Positions 1 through 10,455 are shown, counted from the stretch's first letter. The stretch: 17,689 nt of DNA from a candidate division WOR-3 bacterium (GCA_965648915.1 CBFGIV010000048.1:1-17689), one strand, 5' to 3'. Translations and numbers: made by a program. The notes: generated by a model not told the origin, from the letters alone.

Positions 1-256
1 TTAATTTTGTCGGAAACGGAAACTCCTGTGATATTGAATACATCCGCATATCATTAGAAAATTCAATACCAAACATCGGGTCCATTAAAGTCTTGAAGGG
101 ACTATTCAGAGTCGATGATTCATAGCGGGCCAGGGTAGCCTTAATCTCTGGATTATGAACTGATGTCGAATCAATAAGGTCATTTAAATCAAGTGACTCA
201 CCCAGAAGAGAGGGCAATGTGGTTAAAATATAGAAAAATATCCTTATTTTCGTCAT
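1..256 (-). CDS. TolC-family outer-membrane efflux protein (CusC/CzcC-like), 5' part only; runs off the left edge
   Basis: Manual translation from ATG at 256: MTKIRIFFYILTTLPSLLGESLDLNDLIDSTSVHNPEIKATLARYESSTLNSPFKTLMDPMFGIEFSNDMRMYSISQEFPFPTKL (85 codons, open to the edge; in-frame upstream stop at 281-283). It has a signal-peptide-like N-terminus, an 'L.L.DLI......NPEI.A' first helix, and 'DP' plus 'SISQEFPFP.KL' motifs typical of heavy-metal RND outer-membrane factors. Confidence 0.75.
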   Translation of the reverse strand, partial: MTKIRIFFYILTTLPSLLGESLDLNDLIDSTSVHNPEIKATLARYESSTLNSPFKTLMDPMFGIEFSNDMRMYSISQEFPFPTKL

Positions 257-266
257 CAATAATAAA

Positions 267-295
267 GACGAAGAAAAAAGTTACTGGTTACGCAA
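267..295 (-). promoter_or_regulatory. Putative ECF-sigma promoter (BldN-type) for the TolC-like gene
   Basis: Minus strand reads ttgCGTAAC (295-287), 16 nt, CGTC (270-267), 10 nt, ATG (256). Matches the ECF AAC/CGT architecture and the BldN consensus CGTAAC-N16-CGTTGA. Confidence 0.6.
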
Positions 296-395
296 ATAGT
301 ACCGACTTAAATCAATCTTGAGTATTCTCAATCACTATCCACAAGGATTTGATTGGTTAAATTGTTTGATTCAAATGGTTTTTTATAGAGAATCA

Positions 396-423
396 TTGAC
401 ATATCAATCAGTTTAAGTATAAT
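396..423 (+). promoter_or_regulatory. Sigma70 promoter of the MNT-HEPN-DUF2703 operon, probably leaderless
   Basis: TTGACA (396-401), 16 nt, TATAAT (418-423); ATG at 430 follows after 6 nt with no Shine-Dalgarno. Confidence 0.8.
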
Positions 424-429
424 CTTAAT

Positions 430-798
430 ATGGAGTTAAATAGAATTAATAAAATTCTTGATAGAGTCAAAGAAATTCCCGAAGTTATGGCAATCTATCT
501 CTTCGGTTCCTGTGCAAAAAATGAAGAAAAACCCATATCAGATATAGATCTTGCCGTGATAGTAGATAGGCCGAGTAAGAAAATAGAAGCAGATATCGTC
601 AGTCTTGCTTCAAAAAATCTGGATATAGTTTTATTCCACAGATTACCTTTACACATAAAATATGAAGTGTTGAAATATGGGAGAGAACTTTATGTAAAGG
701 ATGAGGATTTTATGGCTAATATAAGACTAAATGTGGTCAAAGATTATCTTGAGTTTTCCCATATCTATAAACATATTAAAGCGGAAGTTTTGAAATGA
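430..798 (+). CDS. mntA: Minimal nucleotidyltransferase (MNT) antitoxin, MntA-like
   Basis: 122 aa with an exact GSX10DXD motif (GS-CAKNEEKPIS-DID) and a third Asp in 'LDIV'; ATGA overlap with the downstream HEPN gene. Confidence 0.88.
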   Translation: MELNRINKILDRVKEIPEVMAIYLFGSCAKNEEKPISDIDLAVIVDRPSKKIEADIVSLASKNLDIVLFHRLPLHIKYEVLKYGRELYVKDEDFMANIRLNVVKDYLEFSHIYKHIKAEVLK

Positions 799-1205
799 AA
801 CTGATTGAAAATATTTTGAGGTTTGAAAAACATACTCAAGGTGCTTTGAATCTTATGAAAGAGAATATCGGGGATTATTTTATCTACAATACCCTGGCAA
901 TGGAATGCTTTCAAGCCGCAAACGCCCTCATAGAAATTGCTGAATATCTGGTGGCGCAAAAGAAACTTGGTATTCCTTCGAGTTATCGTGAAATTTTTGA
1001 ATTACTCAACAAAAGTGGTTTCTTAAATCCGCAGGAACTTGAAGATTTCAAGCGCATTGTCTTTCTCCGGAATCTCATTGCCCATGAATATTATAGAATT
1101 TCAACCGAAGAACTTCTGGAAATAGCAAAATTGCTTGGACAGGCAAGAAATTTCGTAGAAAGAGTAAAAATAAGTGAGCCGAGAAATCAGGTTAATGGTT
1201 TTTGA
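795..1205 (+). CDS. hepT: HEPN (DUF86) ribonuclease toxin, HepT-like
   Basis: 136 aa with RX4HXY motif (RNLIAHEY) and 'P.SYREIFELL...G.L' DUF86 signature; paired with MNT. Confidence 0.88.
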   Translation: MKLIENILRFEKHTQGALNLMKENIGDYFIYNTLAMECFQAANALIEIAEYLVAQKKLGIPSSYREIFELLNKSGFLNPQELEDFKRIVFLRNLIAHEYYRISTEELLEIAKLLGQARNFVERVKISEPRNQVNGF

Positions 1206-1208
1206 AAA

Positions 1209-1625
1209 ATGAAAGCAAGAAAATTTGATACTAGCAACAAACCTTTAAGGATAAAATGGCAGAGGCTTGTTTACAAAGGCAAGACCTGTCCCCGTTGTGA
1301 TTCTACCAGAAAGGAAATAGCAAAAGCGGTTAAAATACTTAAAAATTTGGGCATTAATGTAGTCTTAGAAAAAGAAAAGTTGACTGTTTCAAAATTCAAA
1401 AAAAACCCATTGGAGTCTAATAGAATCTGGATAAATGAAAAACCATTAGAAGTCTACATTCAGGCACAGATCGGTTCAAGCCCCTGTTGTGATGTTTGCG
1501 GGCCTGCTGAATGCCGCACCATAGATGTGCAGGATAAAATCTACGAGACGATTCCAGCAGAGCTAATTGTTCAAGCAGCACTTTCAGCCGTCGCTCAAAC
1601 CCGGTCTTGTTGTTCGTCCAGATGA
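1209..1625 (+). CDS. DUF2703-like Cys-rich thioredoxin-fold protein
   Basis: 'I.WQRL....TCPRC..T', 'ESNRIWIN..PLE', 'SPCCDVCG..ECRT' and 'YETIP..LI..A' motifs; 8 Cys in 138 aa; starts 3 nt after the HEPN stop. Confidence 0.8.
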   Translation: MKARKFDTSNKPLRIKWQRLVYKGKTCPRCDSTRKEIAKAVKILKNLGINVVLEKEKLTVSKFKKNPLESNRIWINEKPLEVYIQAQIGSSPCCDVCGPAECRTIDVQDKIYETIPAELIVQAALSAVAQTRSCCSSR

Positions 1626-1652
1626 AGATGGATGCTACATTAATAAAACTAT

Positions 1653-2441
1653 TTACCAGCAGGTGCAAGAATCGTTACAATATGGACAGGGTGATCTTAT
1701 ATCCTTAGAATTCAATCTACTTTCAAGACAACGACATCTTTGATTACATTTATCAAGTGCCTGATTTATCAAGATTGTATCGCAGGCACAGACATTTTGT
1801 TTTATAGTCTTCAAAATTTCCATCTGCGCTTCGTTTATTGTGGCGATTCTTTTTAACATAATGAGTGTTCTATCTTCACTGAGGGATTGAGAATGATTGA
1901 ATGCGTCCTCAACCTCATTGAGCATAACCCGGAGCAATCCTTCATCAATTTTTTTGTTTTTGTTAAAAGTATACATTAGTTCTGCTGCCCTTTGTTCGGC
2001 AAATTTGATATGGAGTACGGTCTTACCCTCTGGACTAGATGTAAGCGAATATTGGATTCTTTCAGAAAATCTCTTGACCGGATAAAGTAATTCACCGGGC
2101 ATACTGCGCGAACTGAATAATAGCCCGGCTCCGCCAATAAGAACTATAATAATAATTACTGCAAATACCTTGATTAAAGCAGGTTGTACCGCAAAAAATC
2201 TTTTGAAAAGAGAAATTCTTTGGCGCTTGTAGAAGATTTCCTTTGCTTTTGATATTGTCCTGACAATTGCTATCCCATCTGGTTCCACATCTGGCAACTC
2301 TTTAAATTGCTTTGTTATTTGCAACAACTCTCTCAACTCATCTCCATATTCAGGATATTCCTTTATTTTCTCATCAACATCCCTGCCATCTTTAATTTCT
2401 TTTAATAATTGGTCTAAGATTTCTTCAATCTTTAATTTCAT
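1653..2441 (-). CDS. Membrane anti-sigma factor, DUF5667 (RsbN-like), with Cys-rich C-terminal tail
   Basis: Overlaps the ECF sigma stop. It has a helical N-terminal domain ('YPEYGDELRELL'), one TM segment (VFAVIIIIVLIGGAGLLF), the DUF5667 signature 'SMPGELLYPVKR..E.......SPEGK...H..FAEQR..EL', and 9 Cys in the last 45 aa. Confidence 0.8.
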   Translation of the reverse strand: MKLKIEEILDQLLKEIKDGRDVDEKIKEYPEYGDELRELLQITKQFKELPDVEPDGIAIVRTISKAKEIFYKRQRISLFKRFFAVQPALIKVFAVIIIIVLIGGAGLLFSSRSMPGELLYPVKRFSERIQYSLTSSPEGKTVLHIKFAEQRAAELMYTFNKNKKIDEGLLRVMLNEVEDAFNHSQSLSEDRTLIMLKRIATINEAQMEILKTIKQNVCACDTILINQALDKCNQRCRCLESRLNSKDIRSPCPYCNDSCTCW

Positions 2442-3000
2442 AGCCCTTTTTCCTGAAGTATTCCCTTAATGACTTTAAGGCACGATATTGTAAGACCTTA
2501 ACCGCACCAATTGATTTTCCTATAATCTTTGCAATCTCACTATTTTCGTATTCCTGAATAAATTTAAGAGTAATAACATTTGCCTGTTCTTTTGTCAAAT
2601 GTGCTATCGCGTCTTTTAATCTATCAATCCTTAAAATTTCCTTTGGATTATTATCAGCCGGTAACTCCTGGGGCAATTCTTCATAACTCGTCTCTAATTT
2701 GTATTTATCTTTACGATAATAGTCAATCAAGGTATTTGTGGCAATCTTATAGACCCAGGCTAAGAAATTGCCTTTCTGTTGTTTCAATCCTCTAACCATT
2801 TTTAAAACCACCTCACTCGTCAATTCTTCACAATCCGCTTCATTCTTGACGCGGTAATACAGATATTTATATATCCATTTATAGACTTCCCGACACAATT
2901 CTTCAAGTGCCGGTTCATCGCCGTTCTTTGCCTTCTTAAGAATTTCAAGAATTGTCTCATCAATATTATTAGACGGAGATTTTGTCATAAAGAAACGCAA
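2425..3000 (-). CDS. ECF RNA polymerase sigma factor (BldN-like); start uncertain (TTG 3000 or ATG 2988)
   Basis: Region 2 ('EELTSEVVLK', 'FLAWVYKIATNTLIDYYR') and region 4 ('LTKEQANVITLKF...EIAKIIGKSIGAVKVLQYRALKSL'). The 'GAVK.LQYRA' helix resembles Streptomyces BldN. Confidence 0.92.
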   Translation of the reverse strand: MRFFMTKSPSNNIDETILEILKKAKNGDEPALEELCREVYKWIYKYLYYRVKNEADCEELTSEVVLKMVRGLKQQKGNFLAWVYKIATNTLIDYYRKDKYKLETSYEELPQELPADNNPKEILRIDRLKDAIAHLTKEQANVITLKFIQEYENSEIAKIIGKSIGAVKVLQYRALKSLREYFRKKGYEIKD

Positions 3001-3156
3001 TTGTGAATAATGCGCCAGATTATTAAATGGAATGGTCTCCCTTCCTGGCCAACTTCATTTTGTCTTTTCAAATTCTCAAACCCATCGCCAGAATCATTTT
3101 CTTTGAAATTTGAGAACCATTGCCTTACCAGAACTTTTCAGAGATCAATATGTTAA

Positions 3157-3184
3157 ATTATAAGTATAATCGCGCAGAACTCAA
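3157..3184 (-). promoter_or_regulatory. Sigma70 promoter for the ECF sigma/anti-sigma operon
   Basis: Minus strand TTGAGT (3184-3179), 16 nt, TATAAT (3162-3157); implies a leader of about 150 nt. Confidence 0.55.
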
Positions 3185-3280
3185 GGACTTTTTTAAATCG
3201 GCCTCAATTGTTTAGATGGGGGGACTGAATTTCAAACTGATCACCAATAACAGTAGAGTTTGATGTTTAGGCGACTTCTC

Positions 3281-3338
3281 TTGACAAATGAGGCGATTCG
3301 AATAGAATTGGTCATCAAAGTTTTATTTTTCAGGAGGT
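3281..3338 (+). promoter_or_regulatory. Sigma70 promoter and Shine-Dalgarno for the M16 peptidase operon
   Basis: TTGACA (3281-3286), 16 nt, TAGAAT (3303-3308); AGGAGGT just before ATG 3342. Confidence 0.75.
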
Positions 3339-3341
3339 CTT

Positions 3342-4640
3342 ATGTTGGTCACTTTATTTATTTTTTTTGCCAGTAAACTGGATGTAAAAGAATTCAAGCT
3401 TGATAACGGTCTGCAGGTTCTGATCTATGAAGACCACTCGGCCCCGGTTGTTTCAACCCAGATCTGGTATAGAGTCGGTGCCTATAATGAACCGAAGGGA
3501 TTTACCGGTATTTCGCACCTGCTTGAACATATGGGCTTCAAGGGCACAAAAAAAGTCCCGGTTAAAGAATATTCAAAGATCATCGAACGTAATGGGGGTG
3601 ATGAGAATGCTTTTACCTCACGCCATTATACCTGTTATTTTGCCAATCTCGCCAGAGATCGTTACCATATCGAACTCGAACTTGAGGCGGATCGTATTCA
3701 GAATCTCCTGCTCGATTCCTTAGAGTATAGCCGGGAGAAGGAAGTGGTCAAAGAAGAACGGCGGCTTGGAGAAAATGACCCTTTTGATGCCCTCTGGGAA
3801 GAATTTTTTGCGGTTGCCTATAAAGTTCATCCATATAAAAATCCAGTGATCGGTTGGATGGATGATATTGAGCGTATAACATTTAAGGATCTCCGAGAAT
3901 ATTATCATACTTACTACAATCCCGCCAACGCCCTTATTATGATTGCGGGCGATGTCCAGCCTGAGGCGGCATTGAAATTGGTTAAGAAATATTTTGGCAG
4001 GATAAGAGGTCGCCCGGTAAAGGAGATTGTCTATAATGAGCCGGAACAGAAGGGTGAAAGGCGTTTTAAGATCAAACGCGAGGTTGAAACACCCGCATTG
4101 ATGATTGGTTATCATATCCCGAATATAAATCATCCTGATGCCTATACCCTTGATGTCATTTCTTATATCCTGGGCCGGGGTAAGAGTTCACGCCTCTATA
4201 AAAGGATGATCTATGATGAGCGCCTGGCATTAAGTATCTCTTGCTCATCCTGGGCAGATAAGTATCCCGGGATCTTCTATTTTTATGTAATCCCTCAGTT
4301 TGGTAAAGAGATTGCCCAGATGGAAAAGGTTATCTATGAAGAGATCGACCGGCTTAAGCGGGAGCCGGTGGGTGATGATGAACTGGAGAGGGTAAAGAAT
4401 CAAGTTCTTGCTGATTTTGTCTTTGCCAAGGATGGCGTGATGCGGATGGGTTATGAGATCGCTTCGGCCGAGATCATCACCGGTGATTACAGGTATATTG
4501 AGACCTATCCAGATAGAATTGCGCACATCTCCAAAGATGATATAATGAATACGGCGCAGAAATACCTGAATGAGGATAATCGAACCGTCGGTATTCTGGT
4601 GCCGATTCCGAAGGATATATTTGATCAGGAGGCGAGATGA
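3342..4640 (+). CDS. M16B (pitrilysin-family) zinc peptidase, catalytic subunit
   Basis: Inverted zinc-binding motif HLLEH (HXXEH), 'NAFTS', 'EKEVVKEERR', 'HPY.NPVIGW'; short hydrophobic N-terminus. Confidence 0.93.
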   Translation: MLVTLFIFFASKLDVKEFKLDNGLQVLIYEDHSAPVVSTQIWYRVGAYNEPKGFTGISHLLEHMGFKGTKKVPVKEYSKIIERNGGDENAFTSRHYTCYFANLARDRYHIELELEADRIQNLLLDSLEYSREKEVVKEERRLGENDPFDALWEEFFAVAYKVHPYKNPVIGWMDDIERITFKDLREYYHTYYNPANALIMIAGDVQPEAALKLVKKYFGRIRGRPVKEIVYNEPEQKGERRFKIKREVETPALMIGYHIPNINHPDAYTLDVISYILGRGKSSRLYKRMIYDERLALSISCSSWADKYPGIFYFYVIPQFGKEIAQMEKVIYEEIDRLKREPVGDDELERVKNQVLADFVFAKDGVMRMGYEIASAEIITGDYRYIETYPDRIAHISKDDIMNTAQKYLNEDNRTVGILVPIPKDIFDQEAR

Positions 4641-5980
4641 AGAGGTTGCTTTTTACCCTTCTGCCGGTTTTTTTAATATATGGTCTGAAGATCGAGCGGG
4701 AGGTTCTTAACAATAATTTGGTGGTAATTGCGGTTGAGGACCATAAGATTCCAATGGTTGATCTGGCCCTTGTTATCAAGGCGGGTAGTAGTTTGGATCC
4801 AAAAAACAAGGATGGTTTAGCGAATTTCTGTTCAAAATTACTCACCTATGGAACCAGGACGAGAAGTGCTCTGGAAATCGCCCGGGAAATAGAATCGATC
4901 GGAAGTTCATTGACCACCAACTGTACTGAAGATTATATCACGATCCGGGCCAGAACTTTATCAAGTTATCTGGAAAAGGTTACCGAATTGGTTGCAGACT
5001 GCACAATCAATCCTAAGTTTGATACGACTGAAATTAAACGGGTGCGAGGCGAGATAATCTCCCAGATAAAGCAAGAGTCTGATAACCCCTTTTCTCTGGT
5101 TGACCAAACTTATCGAGAACTTCTTTTTCGGGACCTTCCTTATGGCCATCGACCGATCGGGTTCGATTCGACGATCAAAAATATTGAAAGGATCGATCTT
5201 CTAAATTTCTACCACTTGACCTTTACACCAGAAAATTCATTCCTGGTTGTGGTTGGTGATTTCAAGACCAATCAACTGCTGGAGATGTTAAAGAGATATT
5301 TCGGTCAGTGGAAAGGGAGTGATGCAATTCTGCCTGATGATTTTCTGAGGCCCAGAGAGGTGGTTTATCCGCCAATCTTAAGACCTCGAGGTAAGATTGT
5401 CAAAAGAGATATCTCCCAATCCTATATCCTCCTCGGCCATTACGGAATCTCGGGTTCAAGCCCGGACTGGCTCAAGGTGCGATTAATGAATTTTGCACTC
5501 GGGGGCTCGGGTTTGACATCGCGCATGGCATTGAATATTCGAGAAGAGAAAGGCCTTGCCTATATTGTCTACTCCTGGTTCGAAAAACGGTGTCAGGTCG
5601 GTGCTTTTATCTGTGAGGTCCAGACTAAGAACGAAACCTGTGAACTGGCGATACGCCAGCTCCTTGAGGAGATGAAGAAGATGAAGCAGGGTGGGATCCG
5701 GCAGGAGGAACTGGTTGATGCTCAGAACTACTTTACCGGCAATTTCCCGCTCCGTTATGATTCTTACAGTGAAAAGGTTGATTTGCTGATTGAGATGGAA
5801 CTATTCAATCTGGGTGAAGACTATATTGATAAATTTACAGAACGGATCAAGGCATTAAGCATTGAGGAGATAAATCAAATGGCGAAAGATTATCTCCACC
5901 CCGAAAATTATGTGGTAGCAATCGTCGGTGATGTTCGCGCTGAGGACCTGAATATCCCCGACATTGAATGGGAGGAGTAA
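4637..5980 (+). CDS. M16B peptidase, non-catalytic partner subunit
   Basis: M16 fold motifs ('GLANF...LL..GT', 'SRM...IREEKGLAY') but no HXXEH; signal peptide; ATGA-coupled to the previous gene. Confidence 0.9.
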   Translation: MKRLLFTLLPVFLIYGLKIEREVLNNNLVVIAVEDHKIPMVDLALVIKAGSSLDPKNKDGLANFCSKLLTYGTRTRSALEIAREIESIGSSLTTNCTEDYITIRARTLSSYLEKVTELVADCTINPKFDTTEIKRVRGEIISQIKQESDNPFSLVDQTYRELLFRDLPYGHRPIGFDSTIKNIERIDLLNFYHLTFTPENSFLVVVGDFKTNQLLEMLKRYFGQWKGSDAILPDDFLRPREVVYPPILRPRGKIVKRDISQSYILLGHYGISGSSPDWLKVRLMNFALGGSGLTSRMALNIREEKGLAYIVYSWFEKRCQVGAFICEVQTKNETCELAIRQLLEEMKKMKQGGIRQEELVDAQNYFTGNFPLRYDSYSEKVDLLIEMELFNLGEDYIDKFTERIKALSIEEINQMAKDYLHPENYVVAIVGDVRAEDLNIPDIEWEE

Positions 5981-6521
5981 GGTTACAACCCTTGATCTCA
6001 TACTCCTGATCGTACTCGGTGCCGGTATTGTGCACGGCATCTGGAAGGGTTTTATAAAGGGCATATTTGATATTATTGCCCTACTGGCCGGAATCATCGG
6101 GGCATATTTGATAATCAAAGCGGCGTTAAATCTTCCAGTGGTGATCCGGATTCTAATCTTTATAATTTCCTTTATCGCCATTGTTTCTTTTATCCGATTT
6201 TTAGGCTGGCTCCTGACCAAGGTGTTAGATATCTTCCCCCTTAACCTGATGAATCGTCTGCTTGGTGGTCTGCTCGGTTTTATCAAGGCCGCACTCGTCT
6301 TCTGGATTTTCTTATTTATCTATTTTCTATCTGCGCCGAATTATGCAAGAGATAATATCGGTCGTTCACCGTTATCCTCGACTTTATGGCAGGGCGGTCT
6401 TTATGTAGTCAAACTACTCACGCAAGAGAGGAATGAGGGGATTAAAGAACGACCAGGCGAGCACCATAAAAGAAAGCCCGGCTTAAGAAGAGTTGTGGCC
6501 TCGTTTTTTAAACAAGTTTGA
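5964..6521 (+). CDS. cvpA: CvpA (colicin V production) family membrane protein
   Basis: 'LDLILLIV......GIWKGFIK' and 'NRLLGGLLGFIKA' signatures; multiple TM segments. Start codon uncertain (TTG 5964). Confidence 0.85.
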   Translation: MNGRSKVTTLDLILLIVLGAGIVHGIWKGFIKGIFDIIALLAGIIGAYLIIKAALNLPVVIRILIFIISFIAIVSFIRFLGWLLTKVLDIFPLNLMNRLLGGLLGFIKAALVFWIFLFIYFLSAPNYARDNIGRSPLSSTLWQGGLYVVKLLTQERNEGIKERPGEHHKRKPGLRRVVASFFKQV

Positions 6522-6574
6522 GATCGTAAAGATGTCTTAGAGGGGGGTATTGTTGCCTTTAATCTTCAACCGTT

Positions 6575-7870
6575 ATGGATTATCGTTACGCTTTAAGACT
6601 TCTTAATGATTTGGTTAACTATGAGAAGGTTACCGGTTATGACTATGACCTGGATGGTTACCGCAATTTCTTAAAACAGTTCTCTTCACCTGAACTTAAA
6701 CTTAAGAATGTTATTCTGGTGGCTGGGACCAAAGGTAAGGGTTCGACCTGCACAATGATTGAATCGGCCCTGCGCCACTGTGGTTATCGGACCGGTCTCT
6801 TCACTTCACCCCACCTGATCAGGGTAAATGAAAGAATAAAGGTCAATAACCAGGCAATTTCGAATCAGGACTTTGCCCGAATTGCCGGTAAGGTTTTAGG
6901 CAGGATTCACAGGACAAAAGGGGCAAGGTCTTTCTTTGAAGCAATAACGACGATTGCTTTTCTCTACTTCATAAAAAAGGATGTTGACTTTACGATCCTC
7001 GAGGTCGGTCTGGGCGGAAGACTGGATGCCACGAATGTTACCAGACCAATCATAACCGTGATTACAAGAATAGGCTATGACCATACACATCTCTTAGGAA
7101 AGAGATTGAGTGAGATTGCTATGGAAAAGGCAGGGATTATCCGGACCGGTTGCCCAATTGTTATTTCCCGGCAAAGACCAGTGGTTGAAAGAATATTGAG
7201 AAAGATCAGTAATGAGAGAAAGGCCAGGCTATTTATTGCCGATCAGATGGACAAAATTAAAGTTGTATGTGAAGATATATCTGGAACGACCGTTAAATTT
7301 GATGATAGTATTGTAAGATTAAAAATGCCCGGGATTCATCAGTTTGAGAATTTTCTGACTGTAGTAAGGGTTATGGAGTTGATTAAAGAGATGGGCTATG
7401 ATTTATTATCGAAGGATATGCTGGAGGGTATTGCTGAAGCGATATGCCCGGCCAGGATCCAGGTCTATTCAAAGAGGCCTCTGGTAATTCTTGATGGTGC
7501 CCACAATCCCGAATCATTTATGGCCCTCTTCTCTTTTTTGAAAAAGGTTAAGTGCCGGAGGCTATTTATTATCTTTGGTATTAGCAGAGATAAGGATGGA
7601 AGGGTGGCTTATGAAAAGATCTTCCCGCTGGCCCACGAAATAGTCTTGACCAGTGCCAATTTTCCGAGAGCCCGACCTCCGTCTGAAATTCTGCAGGAAG
7701 TTGGAGGTGATCAGTATTATAAAATCATCCCGACTGTCAAAGAAGCAATCAACCGGGTGAGTTCAAGGATGAAGTCATCTGACTGTTTGCTTATATTCGG
7801 CTCTTTCTATGTTGTAGGCGAGGCATTGAAATACCTTTCATCTAATCCCTTGACTTTTTGTAATAATTAA
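6575..7870 (+). CDS. folC: Bifunctional folylpolyglutamate synthase/dihydrofolate synthase
   Basis: '[10 protein letters not shown]', 'FTSPHL...NERI', '[12 protein letters not shown]', 'LDGAHNP', 'GSFYVVGE'. Confidence 0.96.
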   Translation: MDYRYALRLLNDLVNYEKVTGYDYDLDGYRNFLKQFSSPELKLKNVILVAGTKGKGSTCTMIESALRHCGYRTGLFTSPHLIRVNERIKVNNQAISNQDFARIAGKVLGRIHRTKGARSFFEAITTIAFLYFIKKDVDFTILEVGLGGRLDATNVTRPIITVITRIGYDHTHLLGKRLSEIAMEKAGIIRTGCPIVISRQRPVVERILRKISNERKARLFIADQMDKIKVVCEDISGTTVKFDDSIVRLKMPGIHQFENFLTVVRVMELIKEMGYDLLSKDMLEGIAEAICPARIQVYSKRPLVILDGAHNPESFMALFSFLKKVKCRRLFIIFGISRDKDGRVAYEKIFPLAHEIVLTSANFPRARPPSEILQEVGGDQYYKIIPTVKEAINRVSSRMKSSDCLLIFGSFYVVGEALKYLSSNPLTFCNN

Positions 7871-7877
7871 ATAGACT
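7850..7877 (+). promoter_or_regulatory. Internal sigma70 promoter for glyA-purA, overlapping the folC 3' end, probably leaderless
   Basis: TTGACT (7850-7855), 16 nt, TAGACT (7872-7877), 7 nt, ATG 7885; no Shine-Dalgarno. Confidence 0.6.
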
Positions 7878-7884
7878 TAATTCT

Positions 7885-10454
<2,570 letters not shown>

Positions 10455-10455
10455 T

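Noticed and set aside
1623..1643. Selenocysteine readthrough of the TGA ending the Cys-rich DUF2703 gene
   Set aside because: The TGA is not in a Cys-motif position, no SECIS-like hairpin follows, and TAA comes a few codons later.
3060..3135. GGCAATGG and GGCGATGG on the minus strand resemble the 5' ends of fluoride or NiCo riboswitches
   Set aside because: The remaining conserved elements (fluoride GTTCRCC...TGAYTCCTAC; NiCo four-way junction motifs) are absent.
6474..6484. AAGCCCGGCTT also occurs at 17520-17530
   Set aside because: An 11-mer inside the cvpA coding tail with no flanking similarity; chance cannot be excluded.
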